Source: an uncultured Actinomycetes bacterium (GTDB lineage: Bacteria > Actinomycetota > Thermoleophilia > Gaiellales > JAICJC01). From it: DNA of 64,000 nucleotides. Where the stretch lies: positions 58,626 through 122,625 of the forward strand of contig CAVWLK010000068.1 of the NCBI GenBank assembly GCA_963755675.1, read 5' to 3'. Position 1 is the first letter of the stretch; every line of letters begins with the position of its first letter. Shown piece by piece: positions 48,554-59,418 of the stretch. Under the pieces are notes generated by a model that was given only the letters and a program-made list of their open reading frames with translations, did not search any database and was not told where the DNA came from. Position numbers and translations under genes: made by a program.

Positions 48554-49068
48554 GCGAGTTCGGGGTCGGGGAGATCGAGATACCGGACGGGTACAACGCG
48601 ATCTCCGGCCGGCCGCAGGCCGACATCGACATCGCAATCGTCGCCTCCCGGTTCAACGCCGACATCGTTCAGCGGCTGCTGGAGGGAGCCGTCGAGGAGC
48701 TGGCCGGGCATGGCATCGGGGAGGACAGGGTGACGATCGTGCTCGTGCCCGGGGCCTGGGAGCTGCCGCTGGCCTGCCGGCGGCTTGCGGAGGCCGGCGG
48801 ACACCACGCGGTGGTCGCCCTCGGCTGCGTGATCCGGGGAGAGACGCCGCACTTCGACTACGTGTGTGCCGAGGCGGCGCGCGGCATCACCGACGCCGCC
48901 AAGGACACGGGCGTCCCGGTGGCATTCGGGCTCGTCACCACCGACACGCACGACCAGGCGCTGGCGCGCGCCGGAGGCGCGCACGGCAACAAGGGCGCCG
49001 AGGCTGCCTCCGCGGCGGTCGAGATGGCCGGCCTGATGCGCACGCTGCCGCGCTCGCGGCACAGCTGA
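48550..49068 (+). CDS. ribH: 6,7-dimethyl-8-ribityllumazine synthase
   Basis: SRFN, VPGAWELP, LGCVIRGETPHFDYV, NKGAEAA. Confidence 0.96.
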   Translation: MSEFGVGEIEIPDGYNAISGRPQADIDIAIVASRFNADIVQRLLEGAVEELAGHGIGEDRVTIVLVPGAWELPLACRRLAEAGGHHAVVALGCVIRGETPHFDYVCAEAARGITDAAKDTGVPVAFGLVTTDTHDQALARAGGAHGNKGAEAASAAVEMAGLMRTLPRSRHS

Positions 49069-49071
49069 CGT

Positions 49072-49998
49072 CTATGGCGACACGGGGTGGCGGGGAGGCT
49101 CCGGCAGCGGCGTCAGCACGCCCTCCAGCTTCCCGCGCAGGTGCTCGAACGCCGGCGGCAGCGAGAGGTGCCGGCCGAGCTCCTCGATCGGCTCGTCGGT
49201 GGCGAAGCCGGGGCCGAGCGTGGCGATCTCGAACAGCACGCCGCCCCGCTCGCGGAAATAGACCGAGCGGAAGTAGAAGCGGTCGATCACGGGAGTCGGC
49301 CGCATACCGGCCTCCGCCACCCGGCGCTGCCAGGCTTCGTGCTCCTCCATCGGCGAGGCCCATGCGACGTGATGGACGGTGCCGGCTCCGCTCAGCCCTC
49401 GATCTGCTGGCGCCTCGTCGCGGGCGTAGAACGAGCTGCGGTGCTCGCCGCGGATCTGCCAGCGCGCCTCGCCGTCCGGCTCGAATCCGAGCGTCTGTTC
49501 CAGAAACTCCCGGCCATGTTCGGCGTCGGCGGCGTACGCGCGAACGCCGGCGAAGCCCCGGATGCGCATGCTCGGCGGGATGTCCGGATGCTCTGCCACC
49601 AGCGGCTGGTCGCCGCTGGCGTCGATCTCGAGCTCCAGCCGAAGACCTTCCCGGTCGGCGAATGTGACCCGGTCCGCCTCGAGCGCCGGCGCCAGCCCAT
49701 CGTCGCTCAACCGTGCGTGCCAGAACGCCAGCGAGTCGGCCGAGGCGACCCGGAACACGACCGTGTGCACCATCCCCGCGCCGGCCCGCCCGCGGGCGGC
49801 GCCGGGGTACTCGAAGAACGTGATGTCGCTGCCGGCGGCTCCGCGCTCATCGGCGTAGAACAGGTGATAGACGGTCGGATCGTCCTGGTTGACCGTCTTC
49901 TTCACCAACCGCAGCCCCAGCAGACGCGTATAGAAGTCGACGTTTGCCGGTGCGTCACCGGTGATCGCGGTCACGTGATGGATGCCCTCGAAGCGCAT
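49072..49998 (-). CDS. VOC-family ring-cleaving dioxygenase (MhqO/MhqA-like)
   Basis: GIHHVTAI, LVKKTVNQDDP..YHLFY, GTVHHVAW, DRFYFRSVYFRE.GGVLFEIAT. Confidence 0.92.
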   Translation of the reverse strand: MRFEGIHHVTAITGDAPANVDFYTRLLGLRLVKKTVNQDDPTVYHLFYADERGAAGSDITFFEYPGAARGRAGAGMVHTVVFRVASADSLAFWHARLSDDGLAPALEADRVTFADREGLRLELEIDASGDQPLVAEHPDIPPSMRIRGFAGVRAYAADAEHGREFLEQTLGFEPDGEARWQIRGEHRSSFYARDEAPADRGLSGAGTVHHVAWASPMEEHEAWQRRVAEAGMRPTPVIDRFYFRSVYFRERGGVLFEIATLGPGFATDEPIEELGRHLSLPPAFEHLRGKLEGVLTPLPEPPRHPVSP

Positions 49999-50031
49999 CG
50001 TCCCTCCCGGCGTGATCTGGGGTGCCCTCGG

Positions 50032-50223
50032 TCAGATCGCCTTGGTCACCTTGCCGCCCTTGAGGCAGCGGGTGCAGACGTAGGCCCGTGTCGGCGAACC
50101 GTTGAGCAGGATGCGGATCCTCTGAAGATTGGGCTCGAAACGTCGCTTGGTGGCGACCATCGAGTGGCTTCGGTTGTGCCCGAAACCGGGCTTCTTGGCG
50201 CAGATGACACAGACTCGGGACAC
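50032..50223 (-). CDS. rpmB: 50S ribosomal protein L28 (Zn-ribbon form)
   Basis: [21 protein letters not shown]...RRFEPNLQ...[11 protein letters not shown]. Confidence 0.95.
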   Translation of the reverse strand: MSRVCVICAKKPGFGHNRSHSMVATKRRFEPNLQRIRILLNGSPTRAYVCTRCLKGGKVTKAI

Positions 50224-50303
50224 GCAGAGATCCTTTCCGCAACACGGAACGCGGGCCAGTATAGCCCGCAACTCGCAGTGGCGGCGGCACGTCATAGACA
50301 GCG

Positions 50304-50681
50304 ATGAGCCGCGCCCCGCTGTCCGCCGTGGCGGCCCCCACCGAGGTGGCGGGTGAGTTGGTGCTGCCCAACGAGGTAATCGCCCAGATCGTCGGGCTGA
50401 CGGTGCTGGAGTGCTACGGCGTGGTCGGGATGGCCGCGACCAGCCTCTCCCAGGGCGTCGCCCGGCTGCTCTCGCGCGAGCGGATCACCCAGGGCGTCGG
50501 CGTCCGCCGCGACGGCGGCCGGTTGACGATCGACCTGTACGTGATCGTCGAGTACGGTCTCAACCTGGCCGAGGTCGCGAGCAACGTGCGCTCTCGCGTC
50601 AAGTACAACGTCGAGAAGCTGACCCAGATCCCGGTGGAGTCGCTGCAGATCCACATCCAGGGCGTGAAGCGCACCACATGA
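50304..50681 (+). CDS. Asp23/Gls24 family protein (YloU-like)
   Basis: [27 protein letters not shown]; located between rpmB and the DAK2 gene. Confidence 0.92.
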   Translation: MSRAPLSAVAAPTEVAGELVLPNEVIAQIVGLTVLECYGVVGMAATSLSQGVARLLSRERITQGVGVRRDGGRLTIDLYVIVEYGLNLAEVASNVRSRVKYNVEKLTQIPVESLQIHIQGVKRTT

Positions 50682-53152
50682 CGGCGCTCGAGCGTGCCGT
50701 GGCGCTCGCCCGCGGTGGGCACTCGGCGCTGGAGGCCAACCGGCAGCGGATCAACGACCTGAATGTGTATCCGGTGCCCGATGGCGATACCGGCAGCAAC
50801 CTCACCGACACTGCCGCGAACCTCGTCGAAGGCCTCGAGGCGGGAGGCATCGCGGCCGACGACAGGGCGGCGATCGCGCGCGCCGCCACCCGCGCCGCAC
50901 TGATGGGCGCACGCGGCAACAGCGGCGTGATCCTGTCCCAGATCGTGCGCGGCTTCGCCCAGGAGTTGGGCGCTCAACCTGCGCGATCGACGGGGCGGCG
51001 CTGGCAGCGGCGCTGCGCGCCGCCTCGGACGCCGCCTACAGTGCCGTCCGCCAGCCCGTCGAGGGAACGATGCTGACGGCGATCCGGGTGATGGCGGAGA
51101 CCGCCGAGGCCGATTCCGGGCGCCCGCTGGACGTGCTGCTCGATGAGGTGCTGGTCGCGGCGGACGAGATCGTGCGGCGGACGCGGGAGATGTTGCCGCC
51201 CCTGACCGAGGCTGGAGTGGTCGACGCCGGTGCGGCGGGCCTTGTCGAGTTCTCCCGCGGCGCGGTGGCCGGGCTGCGCGGTGAGCGGCCGCCCACGATC
51301 GCCGCCCTGGAGGACGCCCCGATCGGCATCGATGCCGTGCACGCGCGACCCTCCACCTACCGCTACTGCACCACGTTCGTACTCGAGGGCGAGCGCGTCG
51401 ACCGCGAGCGGCTGGAAGCGCTGCTCGACCCGCTCGGCGATTCGCTGCTGGTGGTCGGCGAGTCGCCCACGTTCAAGGTGCACGTGCACACCGACGATCC
51501 CGGCGCGGCGCTCACGCTGGGGGTTGCGATGGGCACCATCGACCGCGTCGAGATCGCCAACATGCACGACCAGACCGAGCAGCGAACGTTGCGGCTGCTG
51601 GCGCAGATCGAGCCCCAGCGGGAGTCCGCCAGCGGGTTGGTCGCGGTCGTCAGCGGCGACGCCAACGAGGCGGCGTTCCGTGCGCTGGGCGCCACCACCC
51701 TGATCGGCGGCCAGACGATGAACCCCTCGACCCAGCAGCTTGCCGAAGCTATCGCGGAGGCCGGCGGCGAAGGGGTCATCGTGCTGCCCAACAACGGCAA
51801 CGTGATCCTGGCCGCAGAGCATGCGGCTGCGCTCGCGACCCGGCCGGTGGCGGTGGTGGCGACCCGCACCATCGCGGCCGGACGGCATGTCGCAGAGCGC
51901 GGCTTCGACCCCGCACAGCCTGTGCAGAACAACGTCGCTGCCATGGAGGCCGCGCTCGGCGATCACGCCGCCGGCGAGCTGACGCGCGCCGTCCGTGACG
52001 CGACAGTGGACGGCATCGAGGTGCGCGAGGGCTGGTACATCGGGTTGCTGGACGGGCGCGCCGTCAAGGCTGGTGGCGATGCCGCCGCCGTCGCGACGGC
52101 ACTGGCCGACCGGATGCTGCCGGCCGCCTCGCTGACGGCGATTCCGGCGACCACGACGCGTTCGACCTCGAGCCGTGGCTGGCGGCGCTGCGAGACCGGC
52201 ACCCGCCGGTCGAGGTACGGTTGGTCGAGGGCGGACAGCCGCTGTATCCGCTGCTTCTGTCGGCGTCCGTCGCCGGGCCGCGGCTGGCCACCGAGACGAC
52301 GGCGATCGTGCTCGATTCGACGGCCGACGTCGACATCGCCTCGCTGCCGCCCAACTGGGCGATGGTGCCGCTGACGGTGAGCTTCGGCGACGAGAGCTTC
52401 GCCGATCAGCTCGAGATCCGCCCGGACGAGTTCTACCGGCGGCTCGCCGACAGCGATCGCACCCCCCGCACGTCGGCACCCTCCGTCGGCGCCTGGCAGC
52501 AGGCGATGGAGTCGTTGGCGGCCTACCGGCGGCTGCTGGTGCTGCCGGTGTCGGGCAAGGTGTCGTCGAGCGGCGACGGAGCCGAGATCGCGGCCCGCGC
52601 GCTCGACCCCGACGGTGGCCGGGTGACGGTGCTCGAGGGCGGGTCGGTGTCGGTCGGCACGTTGCTCCTGGCCGACGGGCTTCAGCGGCAGCTCGTCCGG
52701 GGCGTGACCGAGAATGAGCTGATGAGCTGGTTCCAGGCTGCGCGTGCGCGGCTGCAGGTGGTCTTCTCGCTGGAGACGCTGGAGTTCCTTCAGCGAGGCG
52801 GGCGAATCGGTCGCGGCCAGGCGCTGCTGGGCGGTGCGCTTCGCGTCCGGCCGATCCTGAAGCTGGAGGACGGCGAAGTGGCGCCGCTGCGCCGCGTTCG
52901 CGGCAGGCGGGGGCGCGGGCCGCCTTTGAGCACTTTCTCTGCGAGCACTCTCAGGTCGATCAGCCGCTGCGAGTCGGGATCGCGCACACCGGCGACCGGG
53001 CGGCTGTGGACGAGCTGACGGCGATGGTGTCCCGGGTGCGCCCGCGGGCATCGATCGACCGGGTGGTCGAGCTGGGCGCCGTGGTGGGAACTCACGGAGG
53101 GCCCGGCACGCTCGGCATGGCGCTGCTGACCGACGACGGGATGGCGGAGTGA
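50678..53152 (+). CDS. fatty acid kinase FakA (DAK2/YloV) fused in frame to FakB (DegV) (apparent frameshifts at ~50980, ~52143, ~52915)
   Basis: INDLNVYPVPDGDTGSNL, GARGNSGVILSQ, PVEGTMLT, GVVDAG, YRYCT, KVHVHT, GGQTMNPS, LPNNGN, EGGQPLYP, then AIVLDSTAD, TSAPS, GGRIG, PIL, VGTHGGPG. Confidence 0.85.
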
Positions 53153-53174
53153 CCGCCGCCGCCACGCGCCGCAC

Positions 53175-55323
53175 GTGACAGCAGAGCGGGGCTTCGCGGG
53201 TGCCCTGCGGGACATGCCGCTGCCCGTTCCCGCCACGGCGCCACGACCCAGTCACCTGGAGGCGGCGCCGGCGGCCGACAAGCGCAGCCGCGACCTGCTG
53301 GCTGCGCTACGCCCGCGTCCGGTGCAGACGGTCGGCGACCTGCTCGAGCACGTCCCCTTCCGCCACGACGACTTCCGCGAGGCCCGCCGGATCGCAGACC
53401 TGCGGATCGGCGAGGAGGCGACCATCGTCTGCACGGTTGAAGGGGTGCGGGTCGCGTCCGACACGGCGCCGCAACCTGGTGATCGTCGAGGCGCGTGTCC
53501 GCGACGAGTCGGGGCCGGGAGTGATCGTGTGGTTCAACCAGCGTTACCTGGCCAAACAGCTCACGCCGGGTATGCGGCTCTCGGTGCGCGGCGAGCGCCG
53601 AGGCTCGATCGACGCCGAGATCGTGGCCAAGCGGCACGAGATTCTCGGGGGTGAGGAGGAGACGATCCACACCTCCGGGCTGGTGCCCGTCTACCACTCC
53701 AGCGAGAAGCTGACCAGCCGTCGCATCGCGGGACTGGTGCAGGCGCAGCTCGGGCACTGCGGCGACGTTCCCGACGCGGTGCCGGGCGAAATGCTGGCCC
53801 GGTTGGGACTGCCGCTGCGGCGTGACGCGCTGCTCGCCGCTCACCGGCCGCAGACGCTGGACGAGGCCGAGCTCGGCCGGCGGCGGCTGGCGTTCGACGA
53901 GCTGTTCCTGCTCCAGGCCGGGTTGATCAGCCACCGCCGCCAGCTCGAGCGGACGACCATCGCCCGTGCGCTGGGACGCCCGGGACCGCTGATGGACCAG
54001 TTCCTGGAGTCGCTGCCCTTCAAGCCCACGGCCGCGCAGCTGCGTGCGATGGCAGAGATCGACCGCGACCTCGATCGCAGCACGCCGATGCAGCGGCTGC
54101 TGCAGGGTGATGTCGGCAGCGGCAAGACGCTGGTCGCCGTGCACGCGTTGCTGCGAGCGGTCGAGCGCGACGGCCAGGGGGCGATGATGGCTCCCACCGA
54201 GACGCTTGCCACGCAGCATCTGCTGGGGGTCACGGCGCTGTGCGACCCGCTCGGCGTGAGGGTGACGCCGCTGGTGCAGGCGATGCCGGCGCGGGAGCGG
54301 CGGGCAGCGCTGGGCGTGATCGAGTCAGGCGAACCGCAGATCGTGGTCGGCACGCACGCGCTGATCCAGGACGCGGTGGTGTTCGGCCGGCTGGAGGTGG
54401 CGGTGGTCGACGAGCAGCACCGCTTCGGCGTGGAGCAGCGGCGTGCGCTCGAAGAAAAGGCCCGCGCGGCCGGCGCAGCGCCGCACGTGCTGCACATGAC
54501 GGCGACGCCGATCCCGCGCACGCTGGCGCTGACGGTCTATGGCGACCTCGACGTCTCGGTGCTGGACGAGCTGCCGCCGGGACGAAGGCCGGTGGTGACG
54601 CGGCTGGTGCCACGCGCCCGCCGCGACGAGGTGTTCGCACGCATGCGGCGGCTGCTGGACGAGGGCCGGCAGGCGTACGTCGTTTGCCCGCTGGTGACCG
54701 AATCCGACCTCGCCCAAGCCACGGCCGCAGAGTCGGAGGCGACCAGGCTGGCGGACGGGGAGCTGCGCGGCTACACGGTCGGCGTGATGCACGGGCAGAT
54801 GCCCACGGCACAGCGCCGATCGGTGATGGAGTCGTTCCGCGCAGGCACGCTGTCGGTGCTGGTGGCGACGACGGTGATCGAGGTCGGCGTGGACGTGCCG
54901 AACGCGGTGATCATGGTGATCGAGGAGGCCGACCGTTTCGGACTGGCACAGCTGCACCAGTTGCGTGGCCGGGTCGGCCGAGGCGGTCATGAGAGCTACT
55001 GCATCCTGCTCGCCGACCCCGAGGGAGACGACTCAGTCACCCGGCTGGAGGCGATCGTGCGAACCTCGGACGGCTTCGAGCTGGCGGAGGTGGATCTGGA
55101 GCTGCGAGGCGAGGGGAGCCTGCTGGCCGCCCGCCAAAGCGGCATACCCGACCTTCGCCACGCCCGGCTCTCGCGCCACCGGCGGCTCGCCCAGCAGGCG
55201 CGCCGTGAGGCGCAGCGGTTCCTCGACGCAGACCCAGAGCTGCGATCGCCGGAGGCCGAGGTCATGGCCCTCGAGGCCACGCGCCTGTTCGGCAGCGATG
55301 TCGACTGGCTCACCCGGGCGTGA
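53175..55323 (+). CDS. recG: ATP-dependent DNA helicase RecG (apparent frameshift at ~53455)
   Basis: WFNQ.YL, RLAFDELF, RLLQGDVGSGKT, DEQHRFGVEQR, MTATPIPRTL, TTVIEVGVDVPNA, QLRGRVGRG, DGFELAEVDL..RG.G. Confidence 0.94.
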
Positions 55324-55356
55324 TGCCACCGGCGTTTCGTTGCTAGCCTCACCGCG

Positions 55357-55812
55357 ATGGCCGATCCCATCACCCCCGACGAGAGCCGCCGGCTGGCGGC
55401 CGACCTGTTCAACCAGGTCTGGACGCTGATGGAGCGCGACGATCGCTCCCGTGAGGACGACGACCGGATGCTGAACGCCGCGCACGCCTCCCGCTATCTC
55501 TGGGGCGAGCTGGGAACAGCGCTCAATCGCGCCCGCGGCGACTGGCAGTTGTCGCGCGTCTACTGCCTGCTGGGCCGTTCGGAGCCGGCGCTGCACCACG
55601 CCGGCCGCTGTCTCGACCAGTGCTCCGAGCGCGGGATCACCGGTTTCGATCTGGCATATGCCCATGAGGCGATGGCGCGGGCGTATGCGGTCGCCGGTGA
55701 CATGCCGTCGGCGGTGGCCAGCCGGCGTGCCGCCGAAGAGGCTGCCGCCGCGATTGCCGACAACGAGGACCGTGCGCTGCTGGTGGCGGATCTCGCCACT
55801 CTGCCGACGTGA
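55357..55812 (+). CDS. hypothetical all-helical protein
   Basis: 151 aa, GC3-rich codons; FNQVWTL...MLNAAHASRYLW...RGDWQLSRVY...AYAHEAMARA; overlaps rsmD start. Confidence 0.8.
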   Translation: MADPITPDESRRLAADLFNQVWTLMERDDRSREDDDRMLNAAHASRYLWGELGTALNRARGDWQLSRVYCLLGRSEPALHHAGRCLDQCSERGITGFDLAYAHEAMARAYAVAGDMPSAVASRRAAEEAAAAIADNEDRALLVADLATLPT

Positions 55813-56351
55813 GGGTGATCGCCGGCGAGCGGAAGGGCTTCCGGTTGGACGCGCCGCGGGGCGGCGAGACGCGGCCCACCTCGGACCGGGCCCGCGAGGC
55901 GCTGTTCTCGATCCTGGGGGGCGTGGAGGGGCTGGCGGTCCTCGACGCCTTCGCCGGCAGCGGCGCGCTGGGCCTGGAGGCGCTGTCACGCGGCGCGCGT
56001 GCTGCCGACTTCTGCGACACGTCGACCGCGGCGCTACGGGCCTTGCGCGACAACATCGAGCGGCTCGGGTACGGCGATCGGGCTCGGGTACGGCGGCAGG
56101 ATGCCCGCCGCAGGATGGCCGCCGATCACGACGCCGGCGTCACCTATCAGTTGATCCTGATCGACCCGCCTTATAGGATGCTGCCCGCCTTGCAAAAGCA
56201 TTTTGCCCTGCATCTCCCGGCATTACTGGTTCCCGACGGGCTGGTCACGATCGAGAGTCCCGGCGCGGCCGGGCCGCTCGAGCTGCCGCTCGCGATCGAG
56301 ACGACCCGCCTTCACGGCGACGTCAGGCTGACGGTGTACCGCAATGGCTGA
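55809..56351 (+). CDS. rsmD: 16S rRNA m2G966 methyltransferase
   Basis: MRVIAG, TRPTSDRAREALF, LDAFAGSGALGLEALSRGA, DPPY. Confidence 0.95.
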   Translation: MRVIAGERKGFRLDAPRGGETRPTSDRAREALFSILGGVEGLAVLDAFAGSGALGLEALSRGARAADFCDTSTAALRALRDNIERLGYGDRARVRRQDARRRMAADHDAGVTYQLILIDPPYRMLPALQKHFALHLPALLVPDGLVTIESPGAAGPLELPLAIETTRLHGDVRLTVYRNG

Positions 56352-56841
56352 GCGGGTCGCCGTCTGTCCAGGCACCTACGATCCGGTCACACTCGGTCAC
56401 CTGGACATCATCCGCCGCACCGCGGACGTGTTCGACAGGGTGGTGGTGGGAGTCGTCGGGTCGCCGAGGCACAAGCAGACGATGTTCACGGTCGAGGACC
56501 GGATCGACTTCCTCGAGCAGTCGCTGGCGGACACCGGTAACGTCTCGGTGGCCGGATTTGCGACGCTGGTGGTCGAATTCGCGCGCGAGCACGGGGCGCG
56601 CTCGATCGTCAAGGGCCTGCGGGCCGTGTCAGACTTCGAGTGGGAGTTCCAGATGAACAATCTCAACCGGGGATTGGCGCCGGACATCGAGACGCTCTAC
56701 ATGATGAGCTCGCCGAAGTACAGTTTCCTTTCGTCGCGGGGCGTGCGCGAGATCGCCTCGTTCGGCGGACCCGTGGCAGAGTACGTACCCGAACAGGTCG
56801 CCCGCCGGTTGGCGGAGATGCATGCGGCCGGCGCAATCTGA
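56344..56841 (+). CDS. coaD: pantetheine-phosphate adenylyltransferase
   Basis: PGTYDPVTLGHLDII, KGLRAVSDFEWE, SSRGVREIA. Confidence 0.97.
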   Translation: MAERVAVCPGTYDPVTLGHLDIIRRTADVFDRVVVGVVGSPRHKQTMFTVEDRIDFLEQSLADTGNVSVAGFATLVVEFAREHGARSIVKGLRAVSDFEWEFQMNNLNRGLAPDIETLYMMSSPKYSFLSSRGVREIASFGGPVAEYVPEQVARRLAEMHAAGAI

Positions 56842-56861
56842 CCGCTGATGAGGAGAATCCG

Positions 56862-57350
56862 TTGGACGTTCTGGTTCTGATCGACAAGCTGGACGAACTC
56901 GTGGCCACGGCGAAGAACGTGCCGATGACCGACCAGGTGCGAATTGATCGCGAGGAGCTCTTCGAGATCATCGACCAGATGCGCTCGACGATTCCCGAGG
57001 AGATCAAGCAGGCGCGCTGGATCGTGAAGGAGCGCCAGGAGATGCTGGCGGAGGCGAAGCGCGAGGCGGAGCGGCTGATCAGCGAGGCCCGCGACCAGGC
57101 CGAGCGCGAGGCGTCCCAGCAGGAGATCGTCAAGCTGGCGGAGCGCCAGGCCCAGGAGCTGCTCGACCAGGCTCGCGCCAAGGAGCGCGAGACGCGGCTG
57201 GGCGCCGAGGACTACGCCGACGGCATCCTCGAGAACCTCGAGGTCAACCTGGGCAAGTTCCTGGCCGCCGTGCAGAGGGGCCGGGAGCAGTTGGCGTCGC
57301 GCGACGAGAGCACCGGGCCCGGTACCGCCGGGTTCGACATCACCGGGTAG
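56862..57350 (+). CDS. coiled-coil protein, SepIVA-like
   Basis: MDVLVLIDKLDELVATAKNVPM...IPEEIKQA...AEDYADGILENLE; conserved position between coaD and yceD; GAGGAG SD before TTG. Confidence 0.8.
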   Translation: MDVLVLIDKLDELVATAKNVPMTDQVRIDREELFEIIDQMRSTIPEEIKQARWIVKERQEMLAEAKREAERLISEARDQAEREASQQEIVKLAERQAQELLDQARAKERETRLGAEDYADGILENLEVNLGKFLAAVQRGREQLASRDESTGPGTAGFDITG

Positions 57351-57363
57351 CCCTGGCGGTGCG

Positions 57364-57861
57364 ATGGATCTGAGCGGCCTGAAACTGGTACCGGGCGACG
57401 TCCGGCACGAGCGGCCGCGCGTCCATCTGGAGCCGTTGGTGCTGGGCGGACAGACCTATTCGGTTACCCCGGAGGAGATCGAGACGCGTCTTGATCTGCA
57501 GGCGTCGAGCGGCGGGCTGTACCTCAAGCTGGCGTTCTCGGCGCGCGTGGACGGGGCCTGCTTCCGCTGTCTCGACCCAGCATCGATCGAGCTCGACGTT
57601 CGCAGCGCCGAGTACCACGACGTCCACGCTGCGGCCGATGACGACGAGCTGCGCAGCGAGTACATCGTTGACGACCAGCTGGACGTCGCTCGCTGGGCCC
57701 ACGACTCGCTCGTGTTCGCGCTGCCGGACAAGATCCTTTGCCGGGAGGACTGCGCGGGCATGTGCCCGCACTGCGGCATCCGGCTGGAACCGGGCGCCGT
57801 TCACGAGTGCGGCACCGAGGAGCTGGATACCCGCTGGGCGAAGCTTCGCGACCTGCTATAA
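57364..57861 (+). CDS. YceD/DUF177 family protein
   Basis: CFRCL, LPDKILCREDCAGMCPHCG, DTRWAKL. Confidence 0.93.
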   Translation: MDLSGLKLVPGDVRHERPRVHLEPLVLGGQTYSVTPEEIETRLDLQASSGGLYLKLAFSARVDGACFRCLDPASIELDVRSAEYHDVHAAADDDELRSEYIVDDQLDVARWAHDSLVFALPDKILCREDCAGMCPHCGIRLEPGAVHECGTEELDTRWAKLRDLL

Positions 57862-57871
57862 ACCAGCGTCG

Positions 57872-58066
57872 ATGGCCGTACCCAAGAAAAAGACGTCCAA
57901 GGCCCGCCGCGACAAGCGCCGCGCCACGCATGGCATCTCGGCGCCTTCGCTGAGCGAGTGCCCTCAGTGCCATCACACAGTGCGGCCGCACCACGTGTGC
58001 GGTAACTGCGGCCACTACCGCGGCCGCGAGGTCGAGCCCATGGCCGACGTCGCGCCCGGCGCGTAG
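57872..58066 (+). CDS. rpmF: 50S ribosomal protein L32
   Basis: MAVPKKKTSKARRDKRRA...CPQC...HHVCGNCGHYRG. Confidence 0.97.
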   Translation: MAVPKKKTSKARRDKRRATHGISAPSLSECPQCHHTVRPHHVCGNCGHYRGREVEPMADVAPGA

Positions 58067-58074
58067 CCGCGGCG

Positions 58075-59151
58075 ATGTCCACGGTCACGATCGCGCTCGA
58101 TGCGATGGGCGGCGATCGAGCACCGGCCGAGTTGGTGGCCGGGGCCGTCACCGCCGCACGTGACGGCGTCGGGGTGCTGCTCTGCGGCCGCTCAGAGGAG
58201 ATCGAGCGCGAGCTGGACAGCCATGGACGACCGGCCGGGGTCGAGATCGTCGAGGCGCCGGATCTGATCGACTTCCACGACGAACCTGCCGCAGCGGTTC
58301 GTGCCAAGCCCGGCTCATCGATGGTGACCGCGTGCCGGATGGTGCGTGAGGGGCGGGCGCAGGGAGCGATCTCGGCAGGATCGACCGGCGCGATGCTGGC
58401 CGCCTCGCTGCTGACGATGGGCCGCGTCAAGGGTGTGCACCGTCCGGGGATCGCAGTCCCGCTGCCGGCCCGAGGCGGCCCCTGCGTCCTGATCGATGCC
58501 GGCGCCAACTCGGAGTCCAAGCCCGAAAACCTGCGCCAGTTCGGCGTCATGGGAGCGATCTTCGCCGAGGAGGTGCTGGGCGTCGCCAACCCCAACGTCG
58601 GACTGCTGTCGGTGGGCGAGGAGGCGACCAAAGGCACCTCCGAGGTCGTCGAGGCACACGCCCTGCTGGCGACGTCGGGTATCAACTTCGGCGGCAACTG
58701 CGAGGGCCGGGACGCGCTCTCGGGCGAGTTCCAGGTGGTGGTGGCGGACGGCTTCGCGGGGAACGTGCTGCTGAAGGGCCTCGAGGGAGCCGGCGCGATG
58801 CTGCTGCGTGAGCTGCGCGACGCCGCCAACTCGAGCCTGCGAGCCAAGCTGGGCGGGCTCCTGCTGATGCCGGCGCTGCGCAGCCTGCGCGACCGGATCG
58901 ATCCCGAGACCTACGGCGGCGCCTACCTGCTGGGGGTCCGCGGCATCTCGGTGATCGCCCATGGCAACTCCAGCCGGGTGGCCGTGCGCAACGCCGTCAC
59001 GGTCGCGGCCCGTGGCGTGGACCATGACGTCGTCGGCCGCATGGCGCAGCGTCTGGGCGCACCCGCGTCCGGCACCGACTTGCACGCGGGCGGCGAGGTC
59101 AATACAGTCCCGCTCGTTCCCGAATCGGAGAATGGAGAAGCGCGCATATGA
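58075..59151 (+). CDS. plsX: phosphate acyltransferase PlsX
   Basis: [52 protein letters not shown]. Confidence 0.96.
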   Translation: MSTVTIALDAMGGDRAPAELVAGAVTAARDGVGVLLCGRSEEIERELDSHGRPAGVEIVEAPDLIDFHDEPAAAVRAKPGSSMVTACRMVREGRAQGAISAGSTGAMLAASLLTMGRVKGVHRPGIAVPLPARGGPCVLIDAGANSESKPENLRQFGVMGAIFAEEVLGVANPNVGLLSVGEEATKGTSEVVEAHALLATSGINFGGNCEGRDALSGEFQVVVADGFAGNVLLKGLEGAGAMLLRELRDAANSSLRAKLGGLLLMPALRSLRDRIDPETYGGAYLLGVRGISVIAHGNSSRVAVRNAVTVAARGVDHDVVGRMAQRLGAPASGTDLHAGGEVNTVPLVPESENGEARI

Positions 59152-59387
59152 ATCGTGACGAGGCCGTGGAGCGAGTCCGGGGAATCCTGGTGGAACAGCT
59201 CGGCGTGGACGAGGATCAGGTGACGGAGGATGCGTCGTTCCAGGGAGACCTGGATGCGGACTCGTTGGACCTGGTCGAGCTGATCATGGAGCTCGAGGAT
59301 CAGTTCGGCGTCAAGATCTCCGATGAGGATGCGCAAAAGATCGAGACGGTCGGCCAGGCGGTCGACTACGTCACGTCGCACGCCTGA
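59148..59387 (+). CDS. acpP: acyl carrier protein
   Basis: [21 protein letters not shown]. Confidence 0.97.
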   Translation: MNRDEAVERVRGILVEQLGVDEDQVTEDASFQGDLDADSLDLVELIMELEDQFGVKISDEDAQKIETVGQAVDYVTSHA

Positions 59388-59418
59388 GCCGGCGGCGGGC
59401 GAGGCCCCGCTCCGCGCC

